IMG/VR virus record: IMGVR_UViG_2974543594_000001
Span: 6,679-70,678 of that record
DNA from: a virus
Strand: one strand, 5' to 3'
DNA: 64,000 nt
Of the stretch, positions 57,273 through 63,944 are shown piece after piece; positions within the stretch are counted from its first letter, which is position 1, and the number at the start of each line of letters is the position of its first letter. Both the position numbers and the translations under genes were made by a program. The notes under the pieces are model-generated. The model worked only from the letters and a program-made list of their open reading frames with translations, did not search any database and was not told where the DNA came from.

Positions 57273-58195
57273 TATTCCTCCACTGGAACGAGTTCTTTAT
57301 CAGCCAACTGAAGTATGGCTTTACGATAAGTATTACCCTGATAGGACACATGGTACCCCTGGCAATAAGTACGACCACGTTTGTCATACTTGTGAGTCAG
57401 ATAAAACCTGTTTCCTTCGTTAATTAACATGGCAAATACCTTCATGGATTCACGTTCCATTTTCAGGAACGATTCCACTCGTGCTTGCCATTCATCATGA
57501 GTTTCCTCACTCTTTGGTGAGTCCAGATGCTTACGGTTATCACGAATATTTCGGATAACACGGTCATCAAGTGCAAACGCTACTGAATTAAATCTGTTGA
57601 TATTATCCAGACAGATATCCAGTTCATGATGATTGTTCTTCAGGATTAGAGAATCCCATTCAATAGATAGATACCCACTGCCTTTGTTATCTTTAACAGG
57701 TCTTGGTGGGACTACCATTGGAGGAAGATACTGATACTGATTGATGAGTTTGAGAGTTTTTGGTTCAAGCTGGATACGACTAACCAATTCCATTGAACCA
57801 GTGTTACTGAGCTTGGCTGGAATTACATCTACCAAATCTACGATTGCTGCTAAACCAATAAGTTCTCCAGCAGTTCGTATGGCTTCTTTCTGAGACATGT
57901 TTTTAATCATGCCTGAAACCATACCAACTATCTGGGTGTACTTGGCTACACCGAACTGAGCTAATGAACCAGCTACATCGATATAGAAATCTTCAAATAT
58001 ATCTGAATCCAGAATGGCTAATCGACGGTTCTTACTTTCAAAGTAATCACCCATCTGCCATTCTTTGGCTGCCTCTACTGCCTTATTAACTAGCGCCATA
58101 ATATCTGGTGACTCTTTTAATTCTTTTCTTATGAGGTCACGAGCTTGATGTTTTGAATACATAGTTTCAATGAGGAGTTGAGTGTCATAATTCAT
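57272..58195 (-). CDS. phage RNAPII small subunit (N4 gp15-like; N-terminal half of a T7-like RNAP)
   Basis: 307 aa. YDKRGRTYCQGYHVSYQGNTYRK matches the T7 RNAP DxRGR...PQGND region. Confidence 0.75.
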   Translation of the reverse strand: MNYDTQLLIETMYSKHQARDLIRKELKESPDIMALVNKAVEAAKEWQMGDYFESKNRRLAILDSDIFEDFYIDVAGSLAQFGVAKYTQIVGMVSGMIKNMSQKEAIRTAGELIGLAAIVDLVDVIPAKLSNTGSMELVSRIQLEPKTLKLINQYQYLPPMVVPPRPVKDNKGSGYLSIEWDSLILKNNHHELDICLDNINRFNSVAFALDDRVIRNIRDNRKHLDSPKSEETHDEWQARVESFLKMERESMKVFAMLINEGNRFYLTHKYDKRGRTYCQGYHVSYQGNTYRKAILQLADKELVPVEE

Positions 58196-58431
58196 GATAT
58201 GGCTTCCATTGATTTATGGATTTGAGCGACGAAGCTATCGTCGGGATTGTGCATCCTGTCATCACTTAAAGGACAACATTCGCAATATACGTTTGGGCAT
58301 CTAAACGTTTTACATATTTCATCCTTTGGTTTGTAATCCTCATTCTCGTATAGTCTTAATATCCCTATAAGAATGATTATGAGTTCTTGGTTCATGGACA
58401 CCTCAATAGGTGCAGACAACAAACCTGTCAT
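58192..58431 (-). CDS. small Cys-rich protein, MNxELIxIL paralog family
   Basis: MNQELIIILIGIL...CKTFRC...CECC. Confidence 0.5.
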   Translation of the reverse strand: MTGLLSAPIEVSMNQELIIILIGILRLYENEDYKPKDEICKTFRCPNVYCECCPLSDDRMHNPDDSFVAQIHKSMEAIS

Positions 58432-58906
58432 CTAACAATGGTTCGATACGTTTCTTAACGTCTCTCCACTGAAGTTCTCCAGCACCACATCCCGGTCGAG
58501 GCAATACAACTTTCTGCCAACCATATTGGTTAGCCAGTTGAACCAACTGTCTGCATGAACGTTCAATCAAATCGATTTTAGCTTTACATGCCCAGCCTGG
58601 GATTGTCTGACCTTCCGGGAAGAACTTATGCTTAACAAAGTTTGTACCATCACTGATTTCAGTGATTGGTTTAACTGGAAACGATACTACCCAGATACCA
58701 TTGTGAGTTAGTAATGCATGTACATTATTGCCTTCCTGCGCAATCTTAAGTCCCAGCACTTTATCTAAGCCCGGAACTACCATACGCATTTGCTTGGCAA
58801 TACCTGCACCCATTACAGCAGCACCATTACTTTTTACAAATCCATTGGTTGTAATGCATACGGCATCACAATCCATCTCAAGGATATTGCCTTTGGCTTC
58901 TAACAT
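58403..58906 (-). CDS. Macro domain protein (ADP-ribose binding/hydrolase)
   Basis: 167 aa. GNILEMDCDAVCITTN...AAVMGAGIA and the C-terminal LPRPGCGAG diphosphate-binding loop. Confidence 0.6.
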   Translation of the reverse strand: MLEAKGNILEMDCDAVCITTNGFVKSNGAAVMGAGIAKQMRMVVPGLDKVLGLKIAQEGNNVHALLTHNGIWVVSFPVKPITEISDGTNFVKHKFFPEGQTIPGWACKAKIDLIERSCRQLVQLANQYGWQKVVLPRPGCGAGELQWRDVKKRIEPLLDDRFVVCTY

Positions 58907-58938
58907 GATTACCTCTGATTGTTGAATTCCACCCCTAA

Positions 58939-58951
58939 CAGCCGAAGGCTG
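58939..58951 (-). promoter_or_regulatory. C-GAA-G triloop hairpin CAGCC-GAA-GGCTG, candidate vRNAP hairpin promoter
   Basis: 5-bp stem and GAA loop on the template (+) strand. About 33 nt upstream of the Macro gene start. No U-tract. Confidence 0.4.
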
Positions 58952-58972
58952 AGGAGCGAAGCGACAGAAAAA

Positions 58973-59203
58973 CTAGAACGTCTGAATAACTTTATGAAGA
59001 CAGAATATATAGATATTTTCAGTTAAATCTTTTCTGGTAAAGTAGCAATTATCACATTGAACACCTGAGCATTTAGGGATTCTATGTAATCTCATAAGCC
59101 TGCATAATTCAGGTTTACTCTCGATGAATATAATTCCTGAGCTTGAAGTATATTCAACCCTATGACATAGGGATTCTATTATTTTAATTAGTTCCCTATT
59201 CAT
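58973..59203 (-). CDS. small Cys-rich protein, MNxELIxIL paralog family
   Basis: MNRELIKIIESLC...CSGVQCDNC. Confidence 0.5.
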   Translation of the reverse strand: MNRELIKIIESLCHRVEYTSSSGIIFIESKPELCRLMRLHRIPKCSGVQCDNCYFTRKDLTENIYIFCLHKVIQTF

Positions 59204-59385
59204 AGTATTCTTTCACCTAATTCAAGAAATTTAGTTATATAAAATTTTTCTGAGGTAAATACTTTTTTCATTAAAGGGCAGGAATCACATTCAACACTAT
59301 CACAACTAAATAAATCTTTAGTCTCATGACATAGTTTTTCTGTACTACGAATAGCTCTAAGAATAACTATCAATTCATTATTCAC
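59200..59385 (-). CDS. small Cys4 protein, MNxELIxIL paralog family
   Basis: GTG start. MNNELIVILRAI...C-x8-C-x4-C-x2-C. Confidence 0.45.
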   Translation of the reverse strand: MNNELIVILRAIRSTEKLCHETKDLFSCDSVECDSCPLMKKVFTSEKFYITKFLELGERIL

Positions 59386-59557
59386 AAGAAATACCTATTA
59401 CATATCTTATGCCCATTATGTATTCAGTAGGTCCAGATAAGATGCAATATGGGCATCTAATTTTTCTGCACTTTGGATTATTAAAACTATTTAAGCAGAT
59501 GTTATAATTCTCCTTCTTAGATATCTCATTAAGAATAGTTAATAATTCTTTATTCAT
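59378..59557 (-). CDS. small Cys4 protein, MNxELIxIL paralog family (not in the ORF track)
   Basis: 59 aa: MNKELLTILNEISKKENYNICLNSFNNPKCRKIRCPYCILSGPTEYIMGIRYVIGISCE. GGAGAG RBS. Confidence 0.5.
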   Translation of the reverse strand: MNKELLTILNEISKKENYNICLNSFNNPKCRKIRCPYCILSGPTEYIMGIRYVIGISCE

Positions 59558-59724
59558 ATTATTCTCTCCCCAAATTGAATTAAGTGGTATGCATAATTAT
59601 CAATATGTTTTCTATCAATACAACAATTACGACATGATATTCCAGCACAATTTACATCTTTAATTTTATAACAAAGATGTTTATCCAAAATGGATGAGAG
59701 AATAATAATTAATTCTTGGTTCAT
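59554..59724 (-). CDS. small Cys4 protein, MNxELIxIL paralog family (not in the ORF track)
   Basis: 56 aa: MNQELIIILSSILDKHLCYKIKDVNCAGISCRNCCIDRKHIDNYAYHLIQFGERII. Stop overlaps the next ATG (ATGA). Confidence 0.5.
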   Translation of the reverse strand: MNQELIIILSSILDKHLCYKIKDVNCAGISCRNCCIDRKHIDNYAYHLIQFGERII

Positions 59725-59733
59725 ACATACCCC

Positions 59734-60000
59734 TTAAAAGGGCATGGTACTTCCAATGACTACACTGAAAATAGCATCCCTGAGAGTTTTGAAATAACGT
59801 GTACCAACATAGTACATGTTCTTTTTATTAACAGGGCGCTTGAGAATGTATGCTGATGTACCATTAATGTGGACACCCCATAATTTCTCTTCACGACTGT
59901 AAGTCACTGTATACTCAGGAACAAATCCCAGATTAACAGTTCTTACTTTACTGGTTTCTTTCACTTTCTTTGACATATTGATATCCTCTTGGATTGACAA
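59734..60000 (-). CDS. hypothetical protein
   Basis: 88 aa basic protein, unrelated to the paralog family. Confidence 0.4.
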   Translation of the reverse strand: MSIQEDINMSKKVKETSKVRTVNLGFVPEYTVTYSREEKLWGVHINGTSAYILKRPVNKKNMYYVGTRYFKTLRDAIFSVVIGSTMPF

Positions 60001-60044
60001 CTATCTAACAAGACATTGATATTGGACTACCAATATCGATAGCC

Positions 60045-60269
60045 CTATTTATAGAGTCTTTTATTAGTAACTATTATTTGATTGGAATATCCAAATACTT
60101 CTTTAATACCTAAAGGACAATGGTCACATCCTCTTTTTGTTCTACACCATTCTAATTTATCAAATAGTATGTACTCACAGAGTTCATCTATTGGACCTAT
60201 ATCATGTGCCATTCGAGATGTAGCTTTTAATCTCATGGCTCTGAGTATTTCTATTAATTCAGGATTCAT
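60045..60269 (-). CDS. small Cys4 protein, MNxELIxIL paralog family
   Basis: MNPELIEILRAM...C-x10-C-x5-C-x2-C. Confidence 0.5.
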   Translation of the reverse strand: MNPELIEILRAMRLKATSRMAHDIGPIDELCEYILFDKLEWCRTKRGCDHCPLGIKEVFGYSNQIIVTNKRLYK

Positions 60270-60483
60270 TTAATACTCTACTGGTTTTAGATACACCTGA
60301 TGGATAGTTACTTTCTTGTTCAACAGATGCAAATATTGGGCAGTTATGGCAACTGACATGAGCGCATCTTGGAATAGAATCCATATTATCCATATCGCAT
60401 ACAGTCCTACATAAATCATCTTTGGTTTCTCTGTAGCTGCTATTTACTATCGAATAGATTATTTGAGTTAATTCATTATTCAT
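60259..60483 (-). CDS. small Cys-rich protein, MNxELIxIL paralog family
   Basis: MNNELTQIIYSIV...CRTVC...CAHVSCHNC. Confidence 0.5.
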   Translation of the reverse strand: MNNELTQIIYSIVNSSYRETKDDLCRTVCDMDNMDSIPRCAHVSCHNCPIFASVEQESNYPSGVSKTSRVLNES

Positions 60484-60512
60484 GACTATCTCTCAGCGGC
60501 ATGTTAAAGCCC

Positions 60513-60680
60513 TCATTTCGAGGGCTTAGCGATTGTTCTGATGAGGACACCTAAGTAATAGGGTAGAGATATGATTCCAACCATTACACAGAACAGGAAC
60601 CATACTGCTGATGCTACAAACCAGAACAACCCAATGAGCGTGCGCAGCACGATGAACAGCAACAACAGGAATATATTCAT
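60513..60680 (-). CDS. small hydrophobic membrane peptide (not in the ORF track)
   Basis: 55 aa: MNIFLLLLFIVLRTLIGLFWFVASAVWFLFCVMVGIISLPYYLGVLIRTIAKPSK. ATG overlaps the upstream stop (ATGA). Confidence 0.4.
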   Translation of the reverse strand: MNIFLLLLFIVLRTLIGLFWFVASAVWFLFCVMVGIISLPYYLGVLIRTIAKPSK

Positions 60681-60859
60681 TTGATGACCTCACATGAATC
60701 AGTAGTTAACTTGATTGCACTACGAGGAATCCCGTTGGCAATCTTCTCTTTGACACACTTCATTTGATGCTGGTATTGCACTGTATCTTCATCAACAATG
60801 GTTATTGTTATCTTACCGAAACAAACCATAAACAGTAGAAACACTGCTAATAGACGCAT
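60677..60859 (-). CDS. small secreted or lipoprotein-like protein
   Basis: ATG at 60859 (GGAGG upstream). MRLLAVFLLFMVCFGK signal-like N-terminus. The track start is TTG inside the upstream terminator. Confidence 0.4.
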   Translation of the reverse strand: MRLLAVFLLFMVCFGKITITIVDEDTVQYQHQMKCVKEKIANGIPRSAIKLTTDSCEVIK

Positions 60860-60868
60860 GTCCCCTCC

Positions 60869-60896
60869 AAAAAATAAAGGGAACCCGAAGGTTCCC
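60869..60896 (-). terminator. strong intrinsic terminator after GC-rich 143-aa gene
   Basis: GGGAACC-uucg-GGUUCCC then UUUAUUUUUU on the minus strand. Confidence 0.65.
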
Positions 60897-60904
60897 AATA
60901 TCGA

Positions 60905-61336
60905 TTACGATGCCAGTGCATTCAGAATCGCACTGACTGCGCTGGTGGATGCGGTATGCTCGGTCTGCTCTTTACGGCGATAGAGCTGAACCTGCAACTT
61001 CGGCAGCTCCTGACCGCTACCAGCTTCCAGTTCACCACCCATTTTGACCAGAGCTTTCAGCAGCTCATTACGAGCAGCAGCCTGGTTGTTCCAGACTTCG
61101 TTGTTACCACGGATAACCAGCTCGCTCATGGTATCCAGCGGCAGGCCATACGGCAGAGACAGGAACGTATCCACCATATCCCCGTTTTCATCAGGCATCG
61201 GAACGGTTACGCCGATGTTGATGAAGAATTCAGCTTGCGGACGGTCGCCAGACTGCTGACGATTTCCGTTACCCTTACCACCCAGAGCTGCGCCGATGAT
61301 AGAACGAGCTTCGTTAGAGTTGTTGATAGTAGCCAT
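60905..61336 (-). CDS. hypothetical protein on GC-rich island
   Basis: 143 aa. Host-like GC and codon usage. Flanked by upstream GAA-triloop hairpins and a downstream terminator. Confidence 0.5.
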   Translation of the reverse strand: MATINNSNEARSIIGAALGGKGNGNRQQSGDRPQAEFFINIGVTVPMPDENGDMVDTFLSLPYGLPLDTMSELVIRGNNEVWNNQAAARNELLKALVKMGGELEAGSGQELPKLQVQLYRRKEQTEHTASTSAVSAILNALAS

Positions 61337-61379
61337 GATAAATACCTCTCAAGTTAAACGGTTTTTGGATTATTCCACC

Positions 61380-61394
61380 AGCGACGAAGTCGCT
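61380..61394 (-). promoter_or_regulatory. C-GAA-G triloop hairpin AGCGAC-GAA-GTCGCT, candidate vRNAP hairpin promoter
   Basis: 6-bp stem and GAA loop. About 44 nt upstream of ATG 61336. Confidence 0.4.
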
Positions 61395-61431
61395 CTTACA
61401 GGAGAAAGGAGAACTTAAGGAAGAACTCCAC

Positions 61432-61448
61432 CACCGTCGAAGACGGTG
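61432..61448 (-). promoter_or_regulatory. C-GAA-G triloop hairpin CACCGTC-GAA-GACGGTG, candidate vRNAP hairpin promoter
   Basis: 7-bp stem and GAA loop. Core GTCGAAGAC is identical to the hairpin at 63902-63918. Abuts the stop of 61456..61833. Confidence 0.4.
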
Positions 61449-61455
61449 ATGAAGA

Positions 61456-61833
61456 TTAGTACCGGAAGATAAAGACTGGTTTACCCAGCTTGGTCATGTA
61501 GTCAATCATGTGCTTAGTACCACGGGATTCACCATCCCAGAATGCTACCAGCACATCAGCTACATCACCCATGTCTTCATTACGAATGAAGCCTGCACGT
61601 CTAGGCTCTGACTTCCAGTCAGCAGGGAACTTATGGATAGGTAGCTTGTAGTGATAGTACCAAAGGTTAAACCCTGTGATATCAGTACCACGAGCCATAC
61701 CACACACCAGTTCTGAATCATCTGCGATGCTACCATCCATAACTAATTGCTTGATGCATGAGTCCATGTACACCATGTCGGTGAAGTCCCTTCCACCGGC
61801 TACGATTACTTTCAAAAGACCTCCTGAATACAC
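61456..61833 (-). CDS. DUF2493-like (SLOG superfamily, Rossmann-fold) protein
   Basis: 125 aa. VIVAGGRDFTD...GMARGTD...FPADW...AGFIRNEDM...VLVAFWDGESRGT matches the DUF2493 block order. Confidence 0.55.
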   Translation of the reverse strand: MYSGGLLKVIVAGGRDFTDMVYMDSCIKQLVMDGSIADDSELVCGMARGTDITGFNLWYYHYKLPIHKFPADWKSEPRRAGFIRNEDMGDVADVLVAFWDGESRGTKHMIDYMTKLGKPVFIFRY

Positions 61834-62054
61834 GGATGATTGAACGTAACAATGCGACGAGGAGCGCAGTTATCACTACGTGTTACCTGCTTAGTCAGCT
61901 CCCTCTTCTTCATGCGAGCTACGTCTGCTTTGGTACCCTGGATTAATGACTTACGCATCATGGTTATCTCCATGCTTAATAGCTAAGTAAACGACGATGC
62001 CACCTACAATGGCACCAACTAAAGACCAGAATAACTCTGTGTACCAGATATCCA

Positions 62055-62294
62055 TTAACGTACTCCGTTTAAAATTCTGTCGTGTTCTACAATCCCAGAA
62101 GCTTTAGCTTTCAGTTTGATTGCACGAATAGCACTAGCTTTATCTGTATGCAGCTTTCTCTGCATATCTTTAATTTCTGAATCAATTAATAAATCTACAT
62201 ACAGATAGTTGATTAACCACATGGCTGTAAGAGCTGATTCAATTACAAGTGGTTTAGGTATGCACTGTTCACTACTTACTGAACATGTATCCAT
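62055..62294 (-). CDS. hypothetical protein
   Basis: 79 aa ORF. Confidence 0.35.
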   Translation of the reverse strand: MDTCSVSSEQCIPKPLVIESALTAMWLINYLYVDLLIDSEIKDMQRKLHTDKASAIRAIKLKAKASGIVEHDRILNGVR

Positions 62295-62693
62295 TTAGTT
62301 CACCTTCGGTACTAAGTTAATTAACTGTTTAGCGATAGCTTCACACTCATCGACACAGTACTCCTCATCTCTCCAGACTCCGTCTGTGTACAGGAATGAG
62401 TGCTCCATAACTGTGCCCTTGTACTTCTCCGGGCATTTCATCCTGTCACCTGCATGAGCACAGTCAAATCCAATGACAGTCTTACCGTTAGACCAGTCTG
62501 GTATTCCTTGATAGGTGATACCTCCATGTGCTGCGATGTATATATCATCGTCCCCGCACCCATCGAACCTTCTGTTCTCAATGGCTGCTGGAACTTCTAC
62601 ATAACCACAATGATGTGAACCATCATTAACCAGTAGTACACATGCATTCAGGCCAGCTTCAGTAACCCATGACTTAACAACTTTGTATGACAT
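62295..62693 (-). CDS. hypothetical protein (Cys/His-rich, possible hydrolase)
   Basis: 132 aa. GSHHCGYV, AAHGGITY and GFDCAHAGD blocks. No confident family assignment. Confidence 0.4.
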   Translation of the reverse strand: MSYKVVKSWVTEAGLNACVLLVNDGSHHCGYVEVPAAIENRRFDGCGDDDIYIAAHGGITYQGIPDWSNGKTVIGFDCAHAGDRMKCPEKYKGTVMEHSFLYTDGVWRDEEYCVDECEAIAKQLINLVPKVN

Positions 62694-62695
62694 GA

Positions 62696-62815
62696 TTAGT
62701 TCTCCAGTATTCTTTTGATGAATGAGACTAGTTTGTAACGTTCAATGAATGGCAGATAACTATGTTTCTCCCATTCAATTTGAACACACTCTAATACTGT
62801 CATTTGACTGAGCAT
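62696..62815 (-). CDS. small protein (not in the ORF track)
   Basis: 39 aa: MLSQMTVLECVQIEWEKHSYLPFIERYKLVSFIKRILEN. GGGGAG RBS 4 nt upstream. Confidence 0.3.
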   Translation of the reverse strand: MLSQMTVLECVQIEWEKHSYLPFIERYKLVSFIKRILEN

Positions 62816-62890
62816 ATAGCTCCCCTGACCACCTAGATAGTCTCTAAGTGGTCTATGGTATGTTTGTGTGGGATTGGGATAGTTAAGGTA

Positions 62891-63202
62891 TTAGTTTGAA
62901 TACTCTTCTATGAGCTTGATAAGTATGTCTCCATGACATGCTTTAGGCTTACAGAAACAACCTAATGTCTTACCTTTAAGCTCAAGTAGTTGTAGATATA
63001 GGTCAGGCTCCTGATGTAGTCTCTGACGTATGTACTGCTCGTACATTGCAATGCATAATTCTCTGCCATATGCTTGAACTGTATAAGGATTTCCCCATAC
63101 ACTACCTCTGCCGATATAGACATCGTATGGTTCCTTGTACTTGTTGACTACACGAGTGGATGGTTCTGGAATTGAACCAATGATTGGTTTGATGATTCCC
63201 AT
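62891..63202 (-). CDS. DUF4326 family protein
   Basis: 103 aa. YIGRGSVWGNPY and C-terminal GCFCKPKACHGD match DUF4326 hallmarks. Confidence 0.5.
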   Translation of the reverse strand: MGIIKPIIGSIPEPSTRVVNKYKEPYDVYIGRGSVWGNPYTVQAYGRELCIAMYEQYIRQRLHQEPDLYLQLLELKGKTLGCFCKPKACHGDILIKLIEEYSN

Positions 63203-63231
63203 TTGAGTACCTCTGGCTTATTCATCCAAGA

Positions 63232-63244
63232 GTACCGAAGGTAC
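63232..63244 (-). promoter_or_regulatory. C-GAA-G triloop hairpin GTACC-GAA-GGTAC, candidate vRNAP hairpin promoter
   Basis: 5-bp stem and GAA loop. 30 nt upstream of ATG 63202, in a 256-bp AT-rich non-coding region. Confidence 0.4.
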
Positions 63245-63423
63245 AAGAGATAGTTTCTAAGTGATGTATAGGATTTGTATAGTACCTAGAAGAGATTTAA
63301 ATAGGTACAGGTAAGCTACCCTATTACCTCTTATTAAAACCTCTCACAATGCTTCCTAGAGCGTTATAGCGATATGTATCTATATACAGTACTTACTATC
63401 TATCAGATGTGTTGTGTGAATTG

Positions 63424-63441
63424 ATTTTAAATACCTGCTCC
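63424..63441 (-). terminator. hairpin CCTGCTC-cgaa-GAGCAGG downstream of first early gene
   Basis: 7-bp stem. On the minus strand it has a UUCG loop followed by GUAUUUAAAAU (weak U-tract). Confidence 0.35.
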
Positions 63442-63458
63442 GAAGAGCAGGCATACGG

Positions 63459-63794
63459 TTATTTATTGAGGTGCTTAGCTACCAGTGCATCGAATACCTT
63501 CTTAACGTCTTCATCTGCTCCAGCCATAGCTTTGGTTGCTTCTGCATGTACCTCTGCTACTTCTTTAGCTGCTTCCATAACATATTTGGTACGGAAGATT
63601 TCACCCTCTACCTCACGTTTGATGGCACGATGATGACGGAGATTCTCAATCTCATCATTACCCCATTCGGTTAAGGCTACAGCCATATTTGCGGTATTAG
63701 CTACAGCTACTGCACCACGCTCAATAGCATTGAGAGCAGATACAGTTGAAGAAGATACAGCACCGAAGATACCAATAGAGTTTACAGGTTTCAT
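63459..63794 (-). CDS. hypothetical early protein
   Basis: Second ATG (MKPVNS...) has GGAG 6 nt upstream. The track start 63800 abuts the GGAG. Confidence 0.45.
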   Translation of the reverse strand: MKPVNSIGIFGAVSSSTVSALNAIERGAVAVANTANMAVALTEWGNDEIENLRHHRAIKREVEGEIFRTKYVMEAAKEVAEVHAEATKAMAGADEDVKKVFDALVAKHLNK

Positions 63795-63819
63795 ACACAT
63801 CTCCAGACAATTTAAAGGA

Positions 63820-63837
63820 GCCTATGTATCCATAGGC
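63820..63837 (-). promoter_or_regulatory. hairpin GCCTATG-tatc-CATAGGC 20 nt upstream of first early gene
   Basis: 7-bp stem. Followed on the minus strand by CCTTTAAATTG. Confidence 0.3.
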
Positions 63838-63901
63838 AGACCATGTCAAATATATGGCATATAGCTCATACGAGTAAGCAGACATGGATGCATTACTCCA
63901 G

Positions 63902-63918
63902 TAGAGTCGAAGACTCTA
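63902..63918 (-). promoter_or_regulatory. C-GAA-G triloop hairpin TAGAGTC-GAA-GACTCTA, candidate vRNAP hairpin promoter
   Basis: 7-bp stem and GAA loop. Core GTCGAAGAC shared with 61432-61448. About 100 nt upstream of the first early gene. Confidence 0.4.
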
Positions 63919-63933
63919 GATTGTGTGAAGTAT

Positions 63934-63944
63934 GGGGGGGGGGG
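63934..63944. repeat. poly-G homopolymer tract (10-11 G)
   Basis: Directly visible run of G in an otherwise AT-rich early leader, 15 nt upstream of the 63902 hairpin. Confidence 0.6.

Noticed and set aside
56834-60483. Possibility that the tandem repeats at 57-60.5 kb are a CRISPR array or non-coding repeats
   Set aside because: Units are 170-240 nt complete ORFs with RBSs, conserved at the protein level (MNxELIxIL plus Cys4) rather than at the DNA level. No short direct repeats with spacers.
60956-61357. 133-aa and 71-aa + strand ORFs antisense to the GC-rich 143-aa gene
   Set aside because: Antisense stop-codon depletion in GC-rich DNA. The sense gene is bracketed by hairpins and a terminator in the minus direction.
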